A DNA stretch of 64,000 nt from an uncultured Chthonomonadaceae bacterium (GTDB lineage: Bacteria > Armatimonadota > Chthonomonadetes > Chthonomonadales > Chthonomonadaceae): NCBI GenBank assembly GCA_963835065.1, contig CAWIEK010000002.1:1-64000 (forward strand). The letters are read 5' to 3'. Under the pieces are notes generated by a model. The model worked only from the letters and a program-made list of their open reading frames with translations, did not search any database and was not told the origin of the DNA. Every line of letters begins with the position of its first letter. Positions within the stretch are counted from its first letter, which is position 1. A program made the position numbers and the translations under genes. This document shows, piece after piece, positions 50,088-61,158 of the stretch.

Positions 50088-52169
50088 ATGCCGATGCGTA
50101 ACTTTCTGTTGGTAGCCTGCCTGCTGATACTGTGTTCACGAGTGATAGCCGACCCTATCCATGACGCGGCGGCGAACGGCGATGTGGCCGGTGTACAGCG
50201 TTTGCTCACCTCTGATACGAAGTTGGTCAATGCCCGCGCTGCGAATGGAGCCACGCCGTTGCTGTGGGCGTGTATTCGCGGGCAGTTGGAAGTGGCGCGT
50301 TTGCTTGTGGAGCGGGGCGCGGATGTGAATCTGGCGCAGGGAGATGGCTGGACGCCCCTTCACGCGGCGGTATGTGATGGCAACGACGCCGCGCACATTG
50401 GCATTACGCGCCTGCTACTGGAACATGGCGCGAAACTGGAAGCGCGAAATGGAATAGGCTGGACGGCGCTTCATGCCGCCGCGCTCAAAGGTAATACCGC
50501 TACTATGGGCGTCCTGCTGGAACAGAAAGCCGATGTTGGCGCGAAGGACAATACGGGCGGAACAGCCCTGCACATAGCGGCGGAACAGGGACGCATCGAA
50601 GCCGTTGCCCTGTTGCTGGACAAAGGCGCGGACGCGGGAGTAAAAGACAAAACGGGCAAATCCCCTGCGGAACGCGCGCTTGCCAATGCCTACGTGCCTG
50701 TCGTGGAACGTCTGCTCGCGTCCAAACAAGTCAGCCTGCAAATAGAGAACGTGGCCTTTGCGGACGCTTTGCATCAGGTGTTTGCGGCGGCTGGCATGAC
50801 GCAGGGCGTGAAGTCCGACATTGCGGTTGCCGTAAGTTTGCATTTGGACAATGTGCCCTTTCCGGTTGCCCTCCGAGCCGTGCTGCAAGCGGCAGGAGGC
50901 CGGGACGCGCTGACATTTGCAGGCGGGAATGGCGCATTGCGGGTGACGCGAACGGAAACAGAGCAAACCCCGGAAGCGGTTGCCGAACCCGTTGTTACCG
51001 CCGACCCGCGCTATCGCTTTTACAAGACGATTTCGCTGTCGGTTCTCAACAACTATCTGGCGCGAAGCGTGACGCATTTGGGGCTGTGTTCCAGTTGGCC
51101 GGAGCCGGCGAGCAGTACGCTGGACGATGATATTCGGATGCTGGTCAACATCGGCGCGAAATTTGTGGGCGAGGCGTCGTATGCATGGGGAGCGCCGCAG
51201 GACAACGAGGGACATTTTCGCCGCGCAAAGGAAGCCGCAATGCGCGTCCACAAAGCCGACCCCGAAATCGTCTTGCAGGCGTGTGTTTTCGAGGCAATTT
51301 ACAAGGCGCATGTGGAGCAAATCGCTGTTCCCGGCTGGCTGTTTCAGGAGTTTGGGCTGCCGGTTACAAAGCGCAATTTCGACTATACCGCCATGCTTTA
51401 CGACAACGGGGAACTGCGCAATCACTGGACGCAGGACAGTTCCGTACCCGATATGAGCAAGCTGGAAACCCGGATGTTCTTCACCTACTGCGCCTGCCGC
51501 TACATTGACGCCGGTTTTGAAGCAATCCATTTCGGGCAGGTGCATCTCATGGATCACAAAGACCCGGAGCATCGCTGCTGGCTGGGCATGCTCACGCGGG
51601 TACGGAAATACGCGGCGCAAAAAGCAAGACGCAGGTTTGTCTTATGCGACGTGAACACGCATGGCGTCGTATGCAACGGACGGCTGCTCTTCGACTTTCA
51701 TTCCTATCCCCTGCGCATGAAAGAAGTGAAAGGAACGCCGCAGCAGGCGCAATTGGCGGTGGGATACGGCGACAGTTTGTATTATCAGAGCGCGGGTGGC
51801 ATTGCGCCGAGCGGATGGGCTTGCAATCAGCTTCCCTACATGGTAGGATTTGATAACACCGGCACAAGCGGCAAGCCCGGACAGCCGGGACAGGGCATTC
51901 CCTGGGTGTGGGGCTACGATGAAATCAGTTGGTTTGCGCATCAAAGCGAACCGTACCGCAACAGTTGGCTGCCGTATGCCTTGAAATGGGTAGCTGCGCT
52001 GCATCAAAACGGCTGGGTGCAGATGCCCACGCGCAAAGTGCTGGCCGAGCCGGTAAACGGCGTTGCCATGTATCAGGCGAACACGAGAAGCAAAGCCTGT
52101 CCCAATGGCTTCAGTCAGGAAGAAACCATCAAAGCAATCTGGGCAACTAGTATTCCGGCGCGTCCCTGA
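50088..52169 (+). CDS. Secreted ankyrin repeats + STN-like + unknown C-terminal (possibly glycoside-hydrolase-like) domain
   Basis: Signal peptide; G.TPLH.AA repeats; VSL.L.NVPF..AL..VL; aromatic-rich C-terminal domain. Confidence 0.75.
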   Translation: MPMRNFLLVACLLILCSRVIADPIHDAAANGDVAGVQRLLTSDTKLVNARAANGATPLLWACIRGQLEVARLLVERGADVNLAQGDGWTPLHAAVCDGNDAAHIGITRLLLEHGAKLEARNGIGWTALHAAALKGNTATMGVLLEQKADVGAKDNTGGTALHIAAEQGRIEAVALLLDKGADAGVKDKTGKSPAERALANAYVPVVERLLASKQVSLQIENVAFADALHQVFAAAGMTQGVKSDIAVAVSLHLDNVPFPVALRAVLQAAGGRDALTFAGGNGALRVTRTETEQTPEAVAEPVVTADPRYRFYKTISLSVLNNYLARSVTHLGLCSSWPEPASSTLDDDIRMLVNIGAKFVGEASYAWGAPQDNEGHFRRAKEAAMRVHKADPEIVLQACVFEAIYKAHVEQIAVPGWLFQEFGLPVTKRNFDYTAMLYDNGELRNHWTQDSSVPDMSKLETRMFFTYCACRYIDAGFEAIHFGQVHLMDHKDPEHRCWLGMLTRVRKYAAQKARRRFVLCDVNTHGVVCNGRLLFDFHSYPLRMKEVKGTPQQAQLAVGYGDSLYYQSAGGIAPSGWACNQLPYMVGFDNTGTSGKPGQPGQGIPWVWGYDEISWFAHQSEPYRNSWLPYALKWVAALHQNGWVQMPTRKVLAEPVNGVAMYQANTRSKACPNGFSQEETIKAIWATSIPARP

Positions 52170-52272
52170 CACCTCTTTACAATAACATCTCAATGATTGC
52201 GGCAGCAACCCGCATTTGTACGCAGCATGAGGGCGCAATCGCGCCCCATCAGCAATACAGGAGACAGGCATC

Positions 52273-54532
52273 ATGGCGGATATACCGCAGCAAGGTTTTG
52301 GATTGGGCGGCATCCAACCGCGCCGCAGCAGTGGCGGCGGGTGTGGAAGCGGGTGCGGCTGTGGCAGCGGCGGTGGCGGATGTGGCAGTAACACACAGGG
52401 AAAAGGGAAAAGGGAAAAGGGAAAAGATTCCCCCTCCCTTATCCGCATGGCTGATATTGAGGGGGTTTTACCAGCCACCAGTCACCAGCCGCCAATCACC
52501 AACATCAAACTCGCGGCGGAAACCATCGGGGCGGGCGAAGTGGCGGCGAGTGGCGGCGGGGCGGCGTATTCGCGGTTTTCCGCCGAGCAGAAGCGGAAGA
52601 TGCGGGCGGAACCGGGCAACAAGGCCGCGCATAACATCGTGCGCGTTCGGCGGGCGACGCAGATATTTTTGTTCGGGCTGTTCGTTGTGTTCTTCTTCCT
52701 GACGACTGCCAACAGCCAGATGATGTGGGGCGTCCCGAAGAACCTGTTCATGACGATGGACTTTCTGAACACGCTCAAGAACGGGATCGCCGCGCATAAG
52801 TTCGCCGTGTACGCAATTGGGCCGGGACTGTTCATTTTGTTCCTGACGCTGTGGGGCGGGCGTATTTTCTGCGGCTGGATTTGCCCGCTTGGAACGGCTA
52901 TTGACATCGGCGACACCTTGCTGTACCGCAAGGGCAAGTTGTTCTATTCCAAAAAGCGCAGCGACACCCGCCGCTACCGCAACTGGAAGTACATTTATCT
53001 GCTCGTCGGGCTGGGCGCGTTGGTTTTCAGCGTGGACATTTTGACGTTCGGCGACCCGATTTCTTTGATTACGCGCACCTTCACGTTCTGCTTCTACGCG
53101 CCCGTCGCGTATATCTGGAACGGCCTGCTGAACGTTGTTTCTGCCATCCCTGCCGGGCATACGGCAAACGGCGACATCAAGCACCTGAGCAGCACGATCT
53201 ATGATATGGGCGGCAACATAGACGGCCTGCACATGCAGAACATGCACTTTTGGAACGGCGTACCCGTGCTGCTGATGTTCGTCGGCATCATCGCCCTGTC
53301 GGGCTATCAGGAGCGGTTCTGGTGCCGTAACCTGTGTCCGTATGGCGGCCTGCTCGCCCTGATTTCCCGCGTGTCGTGGCTGCGGCACTACATCAAGATG
53401 GACGGCTGCATCCACTGCAAAAAGTGCGAAATTCAGTCCCGCATGGGCTGCTACGACAATCTGGACAAGAACGCCAAGCAGGAAGCCATGCACAGCATCA
53501 GCGAGTGTATCCAGTGCTTCCGGTGCGAGACCATCTGCCCCACCGACGTGATTCAAATCCAGGCCAAAGTGCCGGCAAGCATCAAGGAAGCGCTGGGAGC
53601 GGCCAAGCGGGGAACCGCGCCCCGTCCCGAACCGCAAACCGAAATTGACTTGGGCAAGCGCCGGGTTGTGGCGGCAGTGGGCGCGGGCATGTTGTGGGGA
53701 ACCGCAACCAAAGCCAGCGCCAGCGAGTATCAGGGCACGATGCGGCGCTACAACAAAAACCGCCGCGCCATGCGCCCGCCCGGAGCCTTGCCGGAAGATG
53801 CGTTTTTGGCCGCGTGTACGCGCTGCGCCGAGTGCATGAAAGTATGCCCGACGAACGCGCTCCAGCCCGCAACCTTTGAAACAGGCTTGCAGGGACTTGT
53901 GGACTCCGCTTCTGGTTCCGTCCAGCGGGCCGTGCGCGGAAAAGTGTACCAGTTGCGGCGATGTGTGCCCGACCGGCGCGCTGCGTCCGTTTACGTGGCA
54001 GGACAAGCGCTACAAACTGAAAATGGGACTGGCGAACGTGGATCGGTCAACGTGCGTGGCCTACAACGGCGGGCGCGACTGCATCGTGTGCGCCGAAGTG
54101 TGCCCGTATTCCGCCGTGATCTTCAAGGATACGTTCGACGATACGCTGCCCAAAGACCCGACGCTTGCCATTGACCACAAGGACGAAACCGGCAAGGAAA
54201 CCAACCGGGGGAGGATGAAGCGCGTTCCGACCGTTGATGAAAAACTGTGTACGGGTTGCGGCCTATGCGAGTACCACTGCCCCGTCCTGCCGGATCACTC
54301 CATCGTGGTCTACACGTTCCAGGAGGATAGGGTGTACAACGAGCCGAAGGAGCGCCCGCTCGACGGCTTCCTGCGCAGCGGTTGGGAAGGCCGCAAAGAA
54401 TCGGGCAAGGATCAGGAATACGCGGCAACGGTAGAGCAGTTCAACAAAATCACCGGCATGAACAGTTCGCCAAGCCCCGGCACGGGTGGCGGCGGCACAT
54501 CCTACAACCCCAACCCGACCCCCGGCCAATAA
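52273..54532 (+). CDS. Membrane polyferredoxin (NapH/MauN-like fused to NapG/MauM-like; frameshift near 53895)
   Basis: GRIFCGWICPLG, RFWCRNLCPYG, multiple CxxCxxCxxxCP and RPPGA..E..F...C.RC. Confidence 0.9.
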
Positions 54533-54628
54533 CTTGCTTAATCCATACTCAAGATAACGCCCAACACGGCTGCACGTTGTGTTGGGCGCGGCTTGTTTAT
54601 GGACGAACAGTAGACTTGGAGCAAACAC

Positions 54629-54850
54629 ATGTACGAAGAAATTACAAAACAAATCAAGTTGGCAGAACTACAAGGCCAGAAAATAGCAATGTTTCATCTG
54701 CAAGTTCTGAAAAACGCGGAGCAGCTCGACGGGGTAGATGCAGTTGAATTTTGCCGAAAAGTAGGTATGAAGGATAGTTTTGCAACTGAGTATCGAAAGA
54801 TGGTAAGCCTTGCAAAGCTGATGAAGCAACAAGGTATACAATTGACCTGA
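54629..54850 (+). CDS. Small HTH-like protein, low GC
   Basis: K.AMFHL..LK.A..L......EFC..VG...SF.TE..KM..LA. Confidence 0.65.
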   Translation: MYEEITKQIKLAELQGQKIAMFHLQVLKNAEQLDGVDAVEFCRKVGMKDSFATEYRKMVSLAKLMKQQGIQLT

Positions 54851-54920
54851 GTGCATACTTTTCAATGCTCGACAACAAGGTGGCAGGGGATAACTCTACA
54901 TAACTCGCGAGGAAATTGAT

Positions 54921-55337
54921 TTGCCTGCAAAAGACGTTTACCACGAAACTGTAAAGAACGCCCTTGTCAAAGACGGATGGGTGATTACGCGCGACCCATT
55001 ATCCTTTCGGGTGGGCAAACGGGATATGCACATTGATCTTGGCGCAGAGGAACTGGTCAGCGCAGATAAAGAAGGACGCAAAATCGCTGTAGAAATCAAA
55101 AGTTTCTCCGGCGCTTCTCTGATGCGCGAGTTAGAGCAGGCGATGGGACAGTATACGTTGTATAAATCAGTGTTGGCGCGGCGCGAACCTGAGCGCGTCC
55201 TGTATATAGCCATCCGGCGGGAAGTGTATGAGGAAGCATTTGCGGATGAACTCGGTACGATCCTGCAAGCGGATTACAATTTGAGGTTGATTATATTCGA
55301 CGCCACAGAGGAGACCATAACTCAATGGATACCCTGA
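54921..55337 (+). CDS. xisH: XisH-family protein
   Basis: AKD.YH..VK.AL.KDGW.IT.DP, IDLGAE, IAVEIKSF and A.GQY..Y. Confidence 0.92.
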   Translation: MPAKDVYHETVKNALVKDGWVITRDPLSFRVGKRDMHIDLGAEELVSADKEGRKIAVEIKSFSGASLMRELEQAMGQYTLYKSVLARREPERVLYIAIRREVYEEAFADELGTILQADYNLRLIIFDATEETITQWIP

Positions 55338-55666
55338 ATGAGTACCGCTGTACAATAAAACGAATTTTGCGTGAGTACGCTGCCATTCCTTACGCCTATG
55401 ATGATGTAAAGCGGCTAACCGTGTTCGACGATGAAAATGGACATTACATGATTGTATTGGACGGATGGGAACACAGTGGCAAGCGCCGCGTACACGGCGC
55501 ATTGGTGCATCTGGACATTATAGACGGCAAAATATGGGTTCAGCGGGACGGCACGGAGTACGGCATGGCTCAGGAACTTGTAGACGCGGGTATCCCTAAA
55601 AATCAGATTGTGCTTGGGTTCCAGCCATCTTACATGCGTCCGCACACGGAGTTTGCCGTCGCCTGA
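55325..55666 (+). CDS. xisI: XisI-family protein
   Basis: FD....HY....GW....RVHG..VH.DI.DGKIW.Q.DGTE.G.A.EL...GIP...IVLGF. Confidence 0.92.
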   Translation: MDTLNEYRCTIKRILREYAAIPYAYDDVKRLTVFDDENGHYMIVLDGWEHSGKRRVHGALVHLDIIDGKIWVQRDGTEYGMAQELVDAGIPKNQIVLGFQPSYMRPHTEFAVA

Positions 55667-55765
55667 TCCCTTCAAGGCAGGTGTTCGGTGTTCAGGTGTT
55701 CAGGTGTACGGGTATGTCAAGCGATCTTTCACGATTTCTCAATACCAAAATAGGAAAGAAGCAGC

Positions 55766-56709
55766 ATGGCGACAATTCGGGAGGAAGGCAAACGACTGCT
55801 GATTGAGACGACGCATTTTCAAGCAGCCATACAAACCGAAGGCTACGTCAGCGGCGTGGCGGAAGGCAGCTTTGTGGATCGCAAAACAGGGGCGCGCGAT
55901 CCCGGTTACGGCCTGCTGATTGCCGATTTTCTGCTGTCTCCCGGTCAGGACGCGCCGGATACGCCGCCCGAACGCCGCTATCGTTTACGGTGACGGCTAT
56001 CACGGCAACATTCCCAAACACTATGTCGCGTTGCCGCAAATCTGTACGCAGGCCAAAACGCTGCCGCATGAGATTACGCAAGGGGCTGGATTTTGTTGCC
56101 GTCCGGCAATGGCATACGTGGGATGTAGCCTGCCCGCCCTATCAGGCCGGCTCCAAATGGGAACAAACGCTGCTGTTTCCCGATGGCAAGCGTTGGTTTT
56201 TGGGGTGGGATCGCTTTGCCTGCGCGGATGATGCCGAACGGGTGATGATGCGGATAGATATGCCGGGGCACATCAAGCATCGGGGCGGCGATGTGTTCAA
56301 GCAAGTCTATCTGAGTTATCACGGCGCAATTCCGCAGTACGCTTTTCATCAGAACTTCGCGCCGGATACCCATTACCTGTATCAGCGCAATGACAGGCAT
56401 GTTCCCAAACGCTTTATTCGCGCCTATCAACTCGAAAATGGCGTGTGGCTGGCGGGAATGGCGCTCGATCCCGCTGCCGTTTTCGAAGCGTGGTGTCATC
56501 AGCGCGATTACGTGTGCTTTATCGAGGAGTTCGGCGGGCAAAATGTAAAAGCGGGAGAATGGATTGGAGCCGTACATCTGGTAGGATATTTCGACAGCAT
56601 TGCCGAAATGGAACACACGTATGACGCTTACAGGAGCGCAGCCGGTATGCAAATCAACTCGCAAGGCTGGTCCCTAACAATATCTGCACCGTCTACAGCC
56701 TCAAAATAA
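55766..56709 (+). CDS. Hypothetical protein (two frameshifts near 55985 and 56085)
   Basis: Coding-like frames GYVSGV..SF.D.KTG.RD.G.GL, YHGNIPK.YV..PQICTQA and RIDMPGHIKH join into one gene. Confidence 0.7.
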
Positions 56710-56733
56710 ACGGCTCATTCAAAGGAGAATGAC

Positions 56734-57507
56734 ATGCGGCCTTGTTACACATGCGGCGCACCGAACCCGGACGATAAAACGGCCTGCTACTCATGCGGGC
56801 AATCGCTTGTTTCGCCCTCACCTGCGCCGGGACAAGTTCCTCCTGCCGCCAATCCTTACCCGCAACAACACGCTCCACAGCAGCCTTATCCTCCGCAGCC
56901 CTACGCGCCGCAGCAACATGCGCCGCAACAGTATCAGCCTCAACAGCCTGCGCAACAGTATCCTCCACAAGCGTATGCGCCACAAGCGCCCATGCCCCCC
57001 ATGCCGCAGGGATACGCGCCACAACAGCCATATCCGCCACAACCCGGCGCTGCGCCATACGCGCAAGCGCAGTACCCTGCGCAGCCGCATATTCAGCCGA
57101 ACTATCCGCCACAGGCTTACGGACAGCCGCCCTATCCGCCGGGCTATGCGCAGCCGTTTGCGCCCGGCATGGCTCCACAACAGATGGCTGCCGCGCCGCC
57201 GGGGTTCAATCCGGCGGAACAGGTACGGGCGGCGCAAATCAAAACGGAGTATCGCGCCATTACCCGACGCTTGCTGTTGACTGTACTGGTGACAATCGTT
57301 GCCGGGACCGCTATCGCCTACGGCTTGAAAGGGCATCAAGCCGTACTCGGCATCCCGACCATGTTCTGGTGCTGCGCCCCCGTTCTTGGCATGATGGCGT
57401 ATGCTGTCGCTATCTGCCGCTGCCCCGGCTGCAAAGCCTCCCTGATGATGCGCAACGACGTCAACGAAACGGGACAATGCCCCTTCTGCGACGCGCAGTT
57501 GAAGTAG
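56734..57507 (+). CDS. Zn-ribbon / P-Q-Y-rich linker / 2TM / Zn-ribbon protein
   Basis: CxxC..CxxC at both ends, low-complexity middle, two hydrophobic segments. Confidence 0.75.
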   Translation: MRPCYTCGAPNPDDKTACYSCGQSLVSPSPAPGQVPPAANPYPQQHAPQQPYPPQPYAPQQHAPQQYQPQQPAQQYPPQAYAPQAPMPPMPQGYAPQQPYPPQPGAAPYAQAQYPAQPHIQPNYPPQAYGQPPYPPGYAQPFAPGMAPQQMAAAPPGFNPAEQVRAAQIKTEYRAITRRLLLTVLVTIVAGTAIAYGLKGHQAVLGIPTMFWCCAPVLGMMAYAVAICRCPGCKASLMMRNDVNETGQCPFCDAQLK

Positions 57508-57615
57508 GAGCGCAGCCATGCTGTAAACATCGTTCGTTGCGGCCTGTAAATGTTCCGTATCATACAAGCGCTGAAGACTGCCGGAGGCAGAGTGGCCTCT
57601 GAAGGAGTTGTTGTT

Positions 57616-58695
57616 ATGAGAACCACGCGAAAAATCAGCCGGGGCGTTTTCTGCGTACTGCTGACGCTTTTCAGTTTAGGTGCCCTTCTGCTGCTGTGGC
57701 CCCACGAGTCGCTGATGCGGCAGGCAACGCGAATTGCCGGGTGGCAGCCGCGTCAGGAGGCCGCATGGCAGAATGACGACTCGTACTGGTGGCTTTCCGA
57801 TCATGAAATACTGTTCCTGTCCATACAAAGGGCAAGCGAGAACCTGGGAGACTATACGGCGGTTCGCTATGACACGCGAACCGGTATCCAAACGGATCTC
57901 ACCGCGCTGGAACAAACCCTGTTCGCGCACCGGTGTAACATGCACACGTCCGCCTGGCAGGTATCGCCGGATGGCAAATATCTGCTCTGGAACGGCTCAG
58001 ATACGATTGCCGGAACCGACCCGGCAACGCAGCAGCCGGCACTGCTGCTAAAAGAGCGTTGGTACGTCACGTCACTGGATGGTAAACAGACGCAGACGTG
58101 GCCGCGAGTGACAAGCGACCATCCCTGCGCGTTCTGGCTGTCTGACAGCCACCAATGGGTCGAGTGGCACGATCACTACAGCAACAATGGCGCTCAATTG
58201 CGCATGGAAATCCATACAATAGGCAAGGACGCCGTGACATTTCTTAACTCCGCTCTGGATCCACGGAGCTACATGCCGATTGGACTGACGGGGCCGGAAA
58301 ATGGCTTATGCGTTTCTCCCCGTGTCGGGGATGGCGACGTGACGCTGGTACGGTGGGCTATGACGCCCGGTTTTGTTTCTCATTCGGGCACATTCCTGCC
58401 CACGCCCGGTAAAACCGGCCCTATAGAGGCCATCGTCTCGCCGCAAGGGGATCGCATAGCGTGGAAGTTCGGCGCGACGCCCGGCCCCCGGTTCCTGAGC
58501 GGCACACGTTTTATGCGGCATCTCCATCCTTCGGAAGCCGGATTATACGTCAGCCGGTCTGACGGCAGTGATATGCGACTGCTTGGCGCGTTCCACACGC
58601 CGCCCGATGAACTGATTCATCTGCGCTGGACGCCGGATGGCAGACGGCTGAGTTTCGCGTGTCGCGGCAGTCTGTACACCGTGCCTGCGCCTTGA
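57616..58695 (+). CDS. TolB-like beta-propeller hypothetical protein
   Basis: N-terminal TM, YWWLSD, SPDGKYL, SPQGDRIAW, SRSDGS and WTPDGRRLSF. Confidence 0.7.
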   Translation: MRTTRKISRGVFCVLLTLFSLGALLLLWPHESLMRQATRIAGWQPRQEAAWQNDDSYWWLSDHEILFLSIQRASENLGDYTAVRYDTRTGIQTDLTALEQTLFAHRCNMHTSAWQVSPDGKYLLWNGSDTIAGTDPATQQPALLLKERWYVTSLDGKQTQTWPRVTSDHPCAFWLSDSHQWVEWHDHYSNNGAQLRMEIHTIGKDAVTFLNSALDPRSYMPIGLTGPENGLCVSPRVGDGDVTLVRWAMTPGFVSHSGTFLPTPGKTGPIEAIVSPQGDRIAWKFGATPGPRFLSGTRFMRHLHPSEAGLYVSRSDGSDMRLLGAFHTPPDELIHLRWTPDGRRLSFACRGSLYTVPAP

Positions 58696-58748
58696 TAAAC
58701 TTGGCGCGAACTGTTTTGAGTAAGCATGAAGAAATGGAAGCGACCTCT

Positions 58749-59048
58749 ATGGCAAGCTCAAACTATGACCGCTTTCTTGCCGATGTGCTGCGTAAGGAGA
58801 AAGCGGCGTTTGGCTTTGCCGCCAACCCGGATTACCTCGCGCAATTGCCGGGCGAATTGGTATGGGTGCTGATACGCGCCCTTGTCCGCGAAAAGCAATT
58901 GACGCTCAATCAAGCGGCGCGCGTTGTTTTGGACTTCACGGAACGTAAAGGTAAACTCATCCCGTCTCTGTTGGGAGGGCGAAATCTTATTGTTGAGTTG
59001 GAAGTCGCTGAACAGGAAGATAAACAGTGTAACCGATTTCTACATTGA
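58749..59048 (+). CDS. Hypothetical protein
   Basis: 99-aa ORF filling the gap on the operon strand. Confidence 0.5.
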   Translation: MASSNYDRFLADVLRKEKAAFGFAANPDYLAQLPGELVWVLIRALVREKQLTLNQAARVVLDFTERKGKLIPSLLGGRNLIVELEVAEQEDKQCNRFLH

Positions 59049-59143
59049 TGCTGCCTGCTTGGTTCATCGTAGATAAAATTTGACTGCCTCATAATTGCAT
59101 TGACAACTTCAATGTTACGCGCCTGTAGATGGGAGCATTTGTA

Positions 59144-59890
59144 ATGTCAACCATGAAGTTCATCCTGCTGATGCTGTCGGGCGTAACGTGCCTGCCGCTT
59201 GCTTGCGCTCGCCCAAACCCCTCTCTGCTTCATCAACAAAACGCGATTGCTCTGGCGCAGAATCATCAATATACAGAAGCTGAAAACGAATTTCGGGCTG
59301 CGCTGCAAACTGCTCCTAATTCAGCACAATTGCATTTTGGCCTCGGAAACGCGCTGTATTGCCAAAAAAACTTTGAGGCGGCGGTGCTGGAGATACGAAA
59401 GTCCACAGAGTTGGAACCAAACACGCCATTTTTCCATGATAGCCTGGGAGATGCTTTATATGCCATGGGCGACACAGTTGCCGCAGAAAGTGAGTACGAA
59501 ACCGCAGCGCACTGCGATGCAAACTTTGCCGAAGCGCATAACCACATTGCTCAGGCAGCTATTCAGTTACAGCAGTATGACAAAGCCGTAATGGAAGCTC
59601 AAAAAGCAGTCGCGCTGAACCCGAATGAGGATGACTATCATTTCCATTTAGGTACAGCACTGACCTATACACGTCAGTACAAACAGGCCATTCCCGAATT
59701 ACAATCGGCTATCCGTCTCAACAAAAGAGACGATGCCGCGCTTTCCCATTACTTTCTCGGTAAGGCGTTTTATTATACCGGACAGAAGAAACAGGCGCGC
59801 GATCAGTGGGGAATTGCTGCATCAAGCGCATCAGGGCAGGCAGCAACACTTGCCCATCATGCCATGGAGGTGTACTTCCCTGAGCAGTGA
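59144..59890 (+). CDS. TPR (lipo)protein
   Basis: Signal/lipobox-like LAC; 34-aa TPRs (H..LG.AL). Confidence 0.8.
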   Translation: MSTMKFILLMLSGVTCLPLACARPNPSLLHQQNAIALAQNHQYTEAENEFRAALQTAPNSAQLHFGLGNALYCQKNFEAAVLEIRKSTELEPNTPFFHDSLGDALYAMGDTVAAESEYETAAHCDANFAEAHNHIAQAAIQLQQYDKAVMEAQKAVALNPNEDDYHFHLGTALTYTRQYKQAIPELQSAIRLNKRDDAALSHYFLGKAFYYTGQKKQARDQWGIAASSASGQAATLAHHAMEVYFPEQ

Positions 59891-59955
59891 TGCAAGTTTC
59901 ATTGCAGTCGGCAATGCAGGGAGACAACTCCATGCCTATAGAAAGGTGAGTAAAA

Positions 59956-60945
59956 GTGGAGTATCGAAAGGTTGGGCGGACGGGCTTGAAAGTGTCGGAA
60001 CTGTGCTTGGGAACCATGCAGTTCGGATGGACGAGCGACGAGGCGACGAGTCGGCAGGTCATGGACACGTTTTGGGAAGCGGGCGGAAATTTCATTGATA
60101 CCGCCGACATCTACACGAACTGGGCGGGCGACGTTTCCTATGGCGGCAAGTCCGAAGAATTTATCGGGCGCTGGATCAAGGACAAGGGCATCCGGCGCGA
60201 CTGCATACTGGCAACCAAAGTGCGCGGGCGCATGTGGCCGGGTCCGAACGGCGAAGGACTGTCGCGCTCACACATCGTGCAGGCGTGTGAGGACAGCCTG
60301 CGGCGATTGCAAACCGATTATTTAGACTTGTACCAGTGCCATTGGGCGGATTTGAACACGCCCATTGAGGAAACCCTGACGGCGCTGGATGATCTGGTCA
60401 AAGCGGGCAAGGTGCGCTATCTGGGCGCGTCGAATTATCCCGCATGGCGGCTGATGGAAGCGGCAGGCGTGGCGGACAAACGGAATTTGGCGCGTTTCGA
60501 CTGCTATCAGCCGGAATACTCCCTCATGGAGCGGCAGTTGTTCGAGTACGAAGCCCTGCCGTTCTGCAAGCATTATGGCGTGGGCGTGATTCCCTACTCG
60601 CCGCTTGCCGGAGGCTTCCTGACCGGCAAATACCGCCGCGACACGCCCAAACCCGACAGCGTACGCGCCGGAGGCATTCTGGATAAGTACGGCAACGATC
60701 AGGGGTACGGCGTCATTGAAGCGCTGGAGGCCATCGGCAAGGAACACGACAAGACGGTCGCGCAAACCGCCCTTGCGTGGCAGTTGTCCAATCCGGTCAT
60801 CACGGCTCCCATCATCGGCGCGAACACGCCCGACCAATTGAAGGATCTGCTCGGCGTGTCCGGCTACCGCTTGTCAGCGGAAGAAGTAACGCGCCTCAAC
60901 GAAGCCACCAAATGGCCGCGCAACTGGCGTCCGATATGGGACTAA
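59956..60945 (+). CDS. Aldo/keto reductase
   Basis: [41 protein letters not shown] and [13 protein letters not shown]. Confidence 0.95.
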   Translation: MEYRKVGRTGLKVSELCLGTMQFGWTSDEATSRQVMDTFWEAGGNFIDTADIYTNWAGDVSYGGKSEEFIGRWIKDKGIRRDCILATKVRGRMWPGPNGEGLSRSHIVQACEDSLRRLQTDYLDLYQCHWADLNTPIEETLTALDDLVKAGKVRYLGASNYPAWRLMEAAGVADKRNLARFDCYQPEYSLMERQLFEYEALPFCKHYGVGVIPYSPLAGGFLTGKYRRDTPKPDSVRAGGILDKYGNDQGYGVIEALEAIGKEHDKTVAQTALAWQLSNPVITAPIIGANTPDQLKDLLGVSGYRLSAEEVTRLNEATKWPRNWRPIWD

Positions 60946-61004
60946 ATAGTGGATAGTTCTTAGTTGATAGTTGATAGAGAGGAAGGAGAGGGTTGTGCCA
61001 TAAA

Positions 61005-61156
61005 TAGCTCCTCTCTCAGCGAGTAAGAAGCGGCCAGGAGGGGAGTAAGCGCGAACAGCCCCTCCCCGGCAACGCAGGAGCGGCCAGGAGAGGGGAACAC
61101 AACATAGCCCCTCTCCTAGCGAGGAACGAGCGGCCAGGAGAGGGGTTGGGGTGAGG
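61005..61156. repeat. Three tandem CCCCTCTCC...GGAGAGGGG hairpin repeats
   Basis: Each unit contains GCGGCCAGGAG; the last ends GGTTGGGGTGAGG. Confidence 0.75.
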
Positions 61157-61158
61157 TC

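Noticed and set aside
15077..56709. Many frameshifted genes (doc, DUF1553, DUF1501, discoidin, PhyH, both STAND genes, polyferredoxin, 55766) as pseudogenes or programmed frameshifts
   Set aside because: Isolated 1-2-nt indels with no accumulated stops, scattered over unrelated genes, are best explained as long-read consensus error. Read polishing is needed.
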